Shown here: positions 4,283-8,892 of the stretch, in pieces
Layout: the number at the start of each line of letters is the position of its first letter
Numbering within the stretch: position 1 is the stretch's first letter
DNA from: a virus
Taxonomy: Duplodnaviria; Heunggongvirae; Uroviricota; Caudoviricetes
IMG/VR virus record: IMGVR_UViG_2534682109_000012
DNA: 8,892 bases
Direction: 5' to 3' (one strand)
Program-made: the position numbers and the translations under genes
Notes under the pieces: model-generated
Database searches by the model: none
What the model was told of the DNA's origin: nothing
Seen by the model: only the letters and a program-made list of their open reading frames with translations

Positions 4283-5374
4283 ATGCGTGATTACGCAAAA
4301 GTTTCTCCGCGATTCTGGCTGGGAGAAACGGGGAGAGAACTTAGAAAGGCGGGTGCAGAAGCGCAAGTTGTTGCTTTTTACCTGATGACATCCCCTCACG
4401 CAAATATGCTGGGTTTGTATTACCTGCCAGTTTTATACCTTGCTCATGAAACCGGGCTTGGTCTGGAAGGGGCTTCAAAGGGGCTTAAAAGGGCTGTTGA
4501 AGCTGGTTTTTGTAGCTATGACCATGATGCAGAGATGGTCTGGGTCCATGAAATGGCAGCCTGGCAGGTTGGGGAAACGTTGAAGCCTGGCGATAACCGT
4601 TGTGCAGGTGTCAGGAATGAGTATGCATCATTACCTGAAAACGCTTTTCTGTCAGTGTTTTACGACAGATATAAAACGGATTTCCATCTGGATGTGAGGC
4701 GGAATAATAGCCGAAATTCGGTAAGGGGCTTCGAAGGGGCTTTTAAGGGGCTTCGAAGCCAAGAACAGGAACAGGAGCAGGAGAAAGAACAGGAACAGGA
4801 CAAAAACACTATGGTTCATGGCAAAAAAAACACCACGAACCAGGCAGGGGATGTTCAGACCGTCAATCCTGGTCAGCCAGCAGGCACGACACCGGAAGCC
4901 GATTCGGGCGCTGTGCAGCAGGTGATGACCGCAGGGTCGGAGCAATCACACCAACTGCAGCAGCCTGAAGCCGATTCCGCCATTCAGCGGGAAGCCGATC
5001 GGGTAGTCCCGGAAAGCACCGGGCAGTCTGTGGGACGAGTGGATTATCCGGATGTGTTCGAACAGGTCTGGCGGGAATACCCGTTGCGTGCTGGGGCAAA
5101 CCCGAAGAAATCCGCTTTCAGTGCCTGGAAGGCCAGATTGCGCGAGGGGGTGCCACCAGAGACCATGCTGGATGGTGTGAGGCGTTACGCGAGATACCTG
5201 GCGGCGACCGGGAAAGCGGGAACGGAATTTGTTCAGCGAGCGACGACGTTTTTTGGGCCGGACCGGAATTTTGAAAACCCCTGGTTGCTCCCGGTAAGCG
5301 GCACGAACAACCAGCGTTGTGTGAATCATATTTCTGAACCGGATACCGAAATTCCGCCGGGATTCAGGGGGTGA
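4283..5374 (+). CDS. Phage replication initiator / replisome-organiser-like protein (363 aa from this start)
   Basis: ATG at 4283 preceded by GAGGT at 4 nt (the track start at 4172 has no RBS but cannot be excluded). The C-terminal segment FEQVWREYPLRAGANPKKSAFSAWKARL...G resembles the F..FW..YP.K..K..A...W motif of phage replisome-organiser domains. It lies directly upstream of the DnaC-like gene, contains internal iteron-like DNA repeats, and its stop overlaps the dnaC-like RBS region. Confidence 0.65.
   Translation: MRDYAKVSPRFWLGETGRELRKAGAEAQVVAFYLMTSPHANMLGLYYLPVLYLAHETGLGLEGASKGLKRAVEAGFCSYDHDAEMVWVHEMAAWQVGETLKPGDNRCAGVRNEYASLPENAFLSVFYDRYKTDFHLDVRRNNSRNSVRGFEGAFKGLRSQEQEQEQEKEQEQDKNTMVHGKKNTTNQAGDVQTVNPGQPAGTTPEADSGAVQQVMTAGSEQSHQLQQPEADSAIQREADRVVPESTGQSVGRVDYPDVFEQVWREYPLRAGANPKKSAFSAWKARLREGVPPETMLDGVRRYARYLAATGKAGTEFVQRATTFFGPDRNFENPWLLPVSGTNNQRCVNHISEPDTEIPPGFRG
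4467..4496. repeat. Cluster A of 11-bp-phased direct repeats AAGGGGCTT (2 perfect copies plus 1 degenerate)
   Basis: Copies at 4467-4475 and 4478-4486, with a degenerate AAGGGCTG at 4489-4496; the spacing is exactly 11 bp. Lies inside the initiator gene (peptide EGASKGLKRAVEAGF). Confidence 0.6.
4723..4760. repeat. Cluster B of 11-bp-phased direct repeats AAGGGGCTT (3 perfect copies) ending in the palindrome GGCTTCGAAGCC
   Basis: Copies at 4723-4731, 4734-4742 and 4745-4753, 11 bp apart; the palindrome GGCTTCGAAGCC is at 4749-4760. Cluster B is 256 bp downstream of cluster A and inside the initiator gene (peptide RGFEGAFKGLRSQ). Candidate ori iterons. Confidence 0.6.
4763..4801 (+). repeat. 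GAACAG/GAGCAG hexanucleotide tandem repeat encoding an EQEQEQEKEQEQD acidic linker
   Basis: Read directly: GAA CAG GAA CAG GAG CAG GAG AAA GAA CAG GAA CAG GAC, in frame with the initiator gene and immediately after repeat cluster B; followed by an A-rich stretch. Confidence 0.7.
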
Positions 5375-5380
5375 TGTGGC

Positions 5381-6127
5381 ATGAAAAACATTGCGGCAGC
5401 CGGGGTTCTTGAACGTATTCGCAGACTTGCACCACAGGCGTCGGTTCCACCGTACCGGACGGTGGAGGAGTGGCGGGAATGGCAACTTGCTGAAGGACGA
5501 AAACGCAGCGAGGAGATTAACCGCCAGAATCACCAGTTGCGGGTGGAAAAAATCCTGAATCGTTCGGGCATCCAGCCTCTGCACAGCAAATGCTCGTTTG
5601 CGAATTATCAGGTGCAGAACGACGGGCAAAAATACGCGCTGAGCCAGGCCAAATCCATAGCTGACGAACTGATGACCGGGTGCACGAATTTTGTGTTCAG
5701 CGGTAAAACCGGCACCGGGAAAAATCACCTTGCAGCGGCGATGGGTAACCGGCTGATGGCGAAGGGGCGCAGCGTGATTATCGTCACCGTGTCTGATGTC
5801 ATGAGCGTGTTGCATGACAGCTACGACAACGGCAAATCCGGGGAAAAATTTTTACAGGAGCTTTGCAGTGTTGATTTGCTGGTCCTGGATGAAATAGGCG
5901 TTCAGCGGGAGACGAAAAACGAGCAGGTGGTATTACACCAGATAATTGATCGCCGGACAGCATCACTGTGCAGTGTCGGGATGTTAACAAACCTGAATCA
6001 TGCCGCAATGAGTACACTTCTTGGTGAGAGGATTATGGACCGCATGACCATGAACGGTGGTCGATGGGTGACGTTTAACTGGGATAGCTGGCGTCCAAAT
6101 GTCAGCAATATGAGGGTTGTGAAGTAA
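5381..6127 (+). CDS. DnaC-like replicative helicase loader (AAA+ ATPase, 248 aa)
   Basis: Walker A FSGKTGTGKNHLAAAMG and Walker B DLLVLDEIGVQ; long collinear similarity to E. coli DnaC as I recall it (SGKPGTGKNHLAAAI...VDLLVIDEIGVQ...MLTNSN...LGERVMDRM...FNWDSYR). Same length and position as YdaV of Rac. Confidence 0.9.
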   Translation: MKNIAAAGVLERIRRLAPQASVPPYRTVEEWREWQLAEGRKRSEEINRQNHQLRVEKILNRSGIQPLHSKCSFANYQVQNDGQKYALSQAKSIADELMTGCTNFVFSGKTGTGKNHLAAAMGNRLMAKGRSVIIVTVSDVMSVLHDSYDNGKSGEKFLQELCSVDLLVLDEIGVQRETKNEQVVLHQIIDRRTASLCSVGMLTNLNHAAMSTLLGERIMDRMTMNGGRWVTFNWDSWRPNVSNMRVVK

Positions 6128-6148
6128 TTTTGTCCGGAGGAAATTTTA

Positions 6149-6865
6149 ATGGAAACCGTATCTGACGCACTGAAAGCACTGAAAAAAGCCTCTTCACATG
6201 TGGTGGCAGCTCGCCTTGGAATTAGTCGTGAAGAGGCTGTCAACGAACTGTGGAAACTGAAACGCCGTGGAGAAGCGGATAACAAGGGGGCGATATGGTG
6301 GCTGACTCAGGCTGGTGAAAGTGAACCGGTGTCACCGGTACCGAAAGTGACGGCGCAAATGCTGACAGAGGCGATTGAACAACATGGCCCACAAACGGCG
6401 GATGAACTGGCATTGATGTTCGGAATTACCTCCCGCCGGGCGAATTCATCGCTGGCAATGGCAATCAGCAAAGGGTGTCTGATTCGCGTGAATCAGGATG
6501 GTAAATTTCGTTACTGCATACCGGGCGTTGATTTACCGGCAGAGCCGAAAGCAGCATCCGTAGCTGAAACGGAGGGTAAAGCCCTTCCTCAGCCAGCTGG
6601 TGTTGCGTTACCAGTCCAGGAAACGGCTGCACAGGAAGAAATTAAAACAGAAGCGGTGGAGGACATTGTGAAGTTGCAGCAATCGTTCACTGAAGCGAAA
6701 GCAGATGACCTGATTCTACCATCGCTGCATGTGGCTAACCGCGAGCTGCGCCGGGCGAAAAGTAATGTTCAGAAGTGGGAGCGAGTCTGTGCTGCGCTAC
6801 GGGAACTGAACAAACACAGGGATATTCTCCGGGATATTACCGCCACCAGAGAGCAGCAGCGGTGA
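6149..6865 (+). CDS. Hypothetical protein (238 aa) with two N-terminal winged-helix-like segments and a C-terminal charged helical region
   Basis: ATG at 6149 with GGAGG 8 nt upstream. Two similar segments ([25 protein letters not shown] and [37 protein letters not shown]) look like winged-helix DNA-binding motifs. Occupies the position of ydaW-type genes after the DnaC-like gene. Confidence 0.65.
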   Translation: METVSDALKALKKASSHVVAARLGISREEAVNELWKLKRRGEADNKGAIWWLTQAGESEPVSPVPKVTAQMLTEAIEQHGPQTADELALMFGITSRRANSSLAMAISKGCLIRVNQDGKFRYCIPGVDLPAEPKAASVAETEGKALPQPAGVALPVQETAAQEEIKTEAVEDIVKLQQSFTEAKADDLILPSLHVANRELRRAKSNVQKWERVCAALRELNKHRDILRDITATREQQR

Positions 6866-7179
6866 GTGGCTGGAAGAAGTGGCGCTGGGCTGAAATCCTG
6901 ATACTCCGGCAGTGTGCGGGAACGATGAGAGTCGAAAGCATCGGTTATCTGATTGGCCGTAGTGAGTCAGCCGTCAGGACGAAAGCGCGGGAACTGGGTA
7001 TCAGCATGATGTTACGGGGTGATTATCACCAGTCAGCCAAATGTTCACAGCGTGATATTGAGCTGGCGTGGCAACTGCATCAGCGTGGTGTACCCCGACG
7101 GGAAATTGCCGAAAAGTTTGGGATGAAGTTGGGCGCAGTGAATAACTACGTTTATTTCGACAGGAGGGTTCAGGAGTGA
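6862..7179 (+). CDS. Small two-HTH DNA-binding protein (105 aa) with GcrA-N-terminal-like motifs
   Basis: GTG start overlapping the upstream TGA (GTGA). Motifs [11 protein letters not shown]...[21 protein letters not shown] and [32 protein letters not shown] resemble the W..E..L...G.S...IA..LG.S..AV..K...LG HTH pattern of GcrA-like domains. Alternative starts are the track start at 6775 and an ATG at 6925. Confidence 0.55.
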   Translation: MSGWKKWRWAEILILRQCAGTMRVESIGYLIGRSESAVRTKARELGISMMLRGDYHQSAKCSQRDIELAWQLHQRGVPRREIAEKFGMKLGAVNNYVYFDRRVQE

Positions 7180-7478
7180 GGGTGAGGGTTTATATCGCCG
7201 GTCCGATGACGGGATATGAAAATTTTAACCGCGAGGCATTTCACAAAACGGAAGAGGTGCTGAAACGGGAAGGGCATACCGTTTTAAACCCGGCAGTACT
7301 TCCGGACGGGCTGACTCAGCCACACTACATGGATATTTGCATGGCAATGCTCCGTTGCGTGGATGCGGTTTACATGCTGAAAGGCTGGCAGCAGTCGGCA
7401 GGTGCAGGGGCTGAGCTGGCACTGGAGGAGAAACCGGGCCATGCGGTGATTTTTCAGGAGGTGGGCAGTGAATATTGA
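7176..7478 (+). CDS. DUF4406-like protein (nucleoside 2-deoxyribosyltransferase-like fold), 100 aa
   Basis: N-terminal VYIAGPMTG motif, then NP, and the C-terminal D.VYML.GW..S.GA..E motif characteristic of the DUF4406 / nucleoside 2-deoxyribosyltransferase-like superfamily as I recall it. GTG start (7176, or 7182) with CAGGAGG upstream; overlaps the previous stop. Confidence 0.7.
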   Translation: MRVRVYIAGPMTGYENFNREAFHKTEEVLKREGHTVLNPAVLPDGLTQPHYMDICMAMLRCVDAVYMLKGWQQSAGAGAELALEEKPGHAVIFQEVGSEY

Positions 7479-7785
7479 CCCGGCGATAACGATTGATATG
7501 GCCCTGAACGCCGGCCTGGCACTTCTTGGTTATTTCTACATTATGTTCTGCAGCGGACGATGGCTGTCACTGTTGTTCATGAAAAAATGGAATAAACGCC
7601 GTAAGCAGGAGCAACGCCAGAAGGCAATGGATGCATTTTTCGAAGCCTTCGGAATTGACGGCATGGAACCAGGGGATCCAGCTCGCGCAATCAGCAGAGG
7701 GGGTGTAGTAATCCTTGTATATCGGAGTGAAGAGAAAAATGACGATCACAAAACAACGTGTAGAAGAAATCATATCCCGCATTGA
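7468..7785 (+). CDS. Small predicted single-pass membrane protein (105 aa)
   Basis: GTG start with CAGGAGG 6 nt upstream. N-terminal hydrophobic helix ITIDMALNAGLALLGYFYIMF followed by a basic stretch KKWNKRRKQEQRQK. The 3' end overlaps the next gene by 47 nt, so the true extent is uncertain. Confidence 0.45.
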   Translation: MNIDPAITIDMALNAGLALLGYFYIMFCSGRWLSLLFMKKWNKRRKQEQRQKAMDAFFEAFGIDGMEPGDPARAISRGGVVILVYRSEEKNDDHKTTCRRNHIPH

Positions 7786-8056
7786 AATGTATGGACATGG
7801 TGCAGGGTATATCGCAGACGAGGTTAATGATCTGGCTATACTGGCGCTGAATTTATCAAATATCGCGAACCTGAAGCGATACGAGCTTGATATGGGAGGT
7901 TGCGACTCGTGCGGTCAGGATTGTGGCGCTGATATGACTGAAGATCCTGATGGTGATTATGTCCTGTTTGATGACGTGGTTAAGTTGTTTGAATTTGATA
8001 CAACCACTCAAAAGTTAGAAATCCCGGCAAAGGAGGCAGCCAGTGGGCAAGATTGA
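7739..8056 (+). CDS. Hypothetical acidic protein (105 aa) with a GGCDSCGQDCG Cys cluster
   Basis: Internal ATG at 7739 of track ORF 7715..8056 (the track start is a TTG); GGAG/GAAGAG upstream. No family recognised. Confidence 0.5.
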   Translation: MTITKQRVEEIISRIEMYGHGAGYIADEVNDLAILALNLSNIANLKRYELDMGGCDSCGQDCGADMTEDPDGDYVLFDDVVKLFEFDTTTQKLEIPAKEAASGQD

Positions 8057-8480
8057 CTATCAGGCACTGCGTGAGGCAGCACAAAACTATCAATCGACGC
8101 TGGCGTGGTATCAGGCTACCCCGGACAGCCCAAATGCTGAACGGGATTGTGATGCGGCTCTTGCTGCGTTTAAGCGTCACATCCGTCATCGGGAAGCGGA
8201 TATTATCGCTGATTTGCTGGATGGACTGGAAGAAGCAAAATCACAACTCAACGAGCAGCGTGAGTATTACGAAGGCGTTATCTCTGATGGGAGCAAGCGT
8301 ATTGCTGAACTGGAAGCGCGGGAAGTTCAATTACCGACTCGCTACGACCTTCGATATGGACACCCGATAAATGCAGATGAGCGACATGTCATGATACCTA
8401 AAGAAAATGGCAGTTGGCTTTACCTGATTGACCTAGAACACGCATTACGCGTCGCTGGCATTCGCATCAAAGGAGAGTGA
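8043..8480 (+). CDS. Ead/Ea22-like prophage protein (145 aa), coiled-coil containing
   Basis: GTG start with AAGGAGG 7 nt upstream. The N-terminal IDYQALREAAQ... and central coiled-coil region resemble the Ea22-like family common in E. coli prophages (from memory). Overlaps the previous gene by 14 nt. Confidence 0.5.
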   Translation: MGKIDYQALREAAQNYQSTLAWYQATPDSPNAERDCDAALAAFKRHIRHREADIIADLLDGLEEAKSQLNEQREYYEGVISDGSKRIAELEAREVQLPTRYDLRYGHPINADERHVMIPKENGSWLYLIDLEHALRVAGIRIKGE

Positions 8481-8481
8481 G

Positions 8482-8673
8482 ATGAACGGACAAATATCAA
8501 TTGTTCGACCAGGAGCATGTGACGATCGCGAAATACGAATGATTATTCGTCTGGCGATGGGGAAAACAATAACTGCTCTCATTACTCCAGAAAATCTCGC
8601 ATTAGCATTAACAGGAAAGTCAGACATGCCAGTAGAGCTAAAGCTGCGAAATGTTGAGATTAAGGTGAAATAG
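8482..8673 (+). CDS. Hypothetical protein (63 aa)
   Basis: ATG at 8482 with AGGAG 6 nt upstream, 1 nt after the upstream TGA. No family recognised. Confidence 0.5.
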   Translation: MNGQISIVRPGACDDREIRMIIRLAMGKTITALITPENLALALTGKSDMPVELKLRNVEIKVK

Positions 8674-8675
8674 CT

Positions 8676-8892
8676 ATGACCACTATTACCAAAGATCGAC
8701 TGCTGACAATCCAGCATTGGCGCGAAACATACGGACCGGGTAGCAACGTTGTGCTTCCAGCAGAAGAAGCGGAAGAGCTGGCACGGATTGCGCTGGCATC
8801 ACTGGCAGCAGTATCGGATGAACGAGCAGCCTATGAATTATTTATGGAGAAGCGTTTCGGAGAATCTGTAGATCGCCGCAGAGCAAAAAATG
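8676..8892 (+). CDS. Hypothetical protein, 5' partial CDS running off the window end (at least 72 aa)
   Basis: ATG at 8676 with AAGGTGA 7 nt upstream; open frame with no stop through position 8892 (MTTITKDRLLTIQHWRETYGPGSNVVLPAEEAEELARIALASLAAV...). Absent from the ORF track because it has no stop in the window. Confidence 0.5.
   Translation, partial: MTTITKDRLLTIQHWRETYGPGSNVVLPAEEAEELARIALASLAAVSDERAAYELFMEKRFGESVDRRRAKN

Noticed and set aside
4946-5815. 289-aa ORF on the minus strand (also 4652..4945, 4863..5099, 5799..6017, 5998..6285)
   Set aside because: Antisense to the initiator and DnaC-like genes; the R/H/P-rich translations are typical of the reverse strand of GC-rich coding sequence, with no domains.
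7225-7782. Minus-strand ORFs 7225..7422 and 7567..7782, and the + ORF 8053..8370
   Set aside because: Overlap better-supported + strand genes in alternative frames or antisense; no RBS.
8445-8717. 90-aa ORF on the minus strand
   Set aside because: Antisense to two + strand genes that have strong RBSs and tight coupling.
1-8892. CRISPR arrays, tRNA/rRNA genes, integrase or transposase, lambda N/Q-type antiterminators
   Set aside because: Looked for but not seen: no regularly spaced repeat-spacer array, no recognisable tRNA, no large recombinase ORF. The only repeats are the iteron-like and EQ-coding repeats inside the initiator gene and the operator-like palindromes.

Overview
This window looks like the immunity-to-replication segment of an enterobacterial (E. 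coli-type) lambdoid cryptic prophage, similar in layout to the Rac / CP-933P family. I found no rRNA, tRNA, CRISPR array, transposase or integrase. All calls below come from reading the sequence and the supplied ORF track, with family assignments from memory; no database search was run. From left to right: (1) a roughly 500 bp stretch with no convincing gene, then a small zinc-ribbon ORF on the + strand; (2) a leftward operon of three small genes (51, 42 and 129 aa); (3) a leftward three-gene toxin-antitoxin operon, HTH regulator (PaaR2/DicA-like), antitoxin (PaaA2-like) and ParE-family toxin, sitting where a lambdoid phage has cI and ending in a hairpin plus T-run terminator; (4) a divergent rightward operon starting with a Cro-like HTH gene (YdaS-like) and a YdaT-like gene, with AT-rich perfect palindromes in the divergent promoter region and again about 1 kb to the left; (5) a replication module, an initiator / replisome-organiser-like gene carrying two clusters of 11-bp-phased AAGGGGCTT repeats and an EQ-repeat linker, followed by a DnaC-like helicase loader with clear Walker A and B motifs; (6) a tightly packed rightward run of small genes: a tandem winged-helix-like protein, a two-HTH GcrA-like protein, a DUF4406-like (nucleoside 2-deoxyribosyltransferase-like) protein, a small single-pass membrane protein, an acidic Cys-containing protein, an Ea22-like protein and two further small ORFs, the last truncated by the window end. 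The best candidates for something undescribed are the DUF4406 / membrane / acidic-protein cluster, the unassigned 169-aa gene upstream of the replication initiator, and the iteron-like repeats inside the initiator gene.
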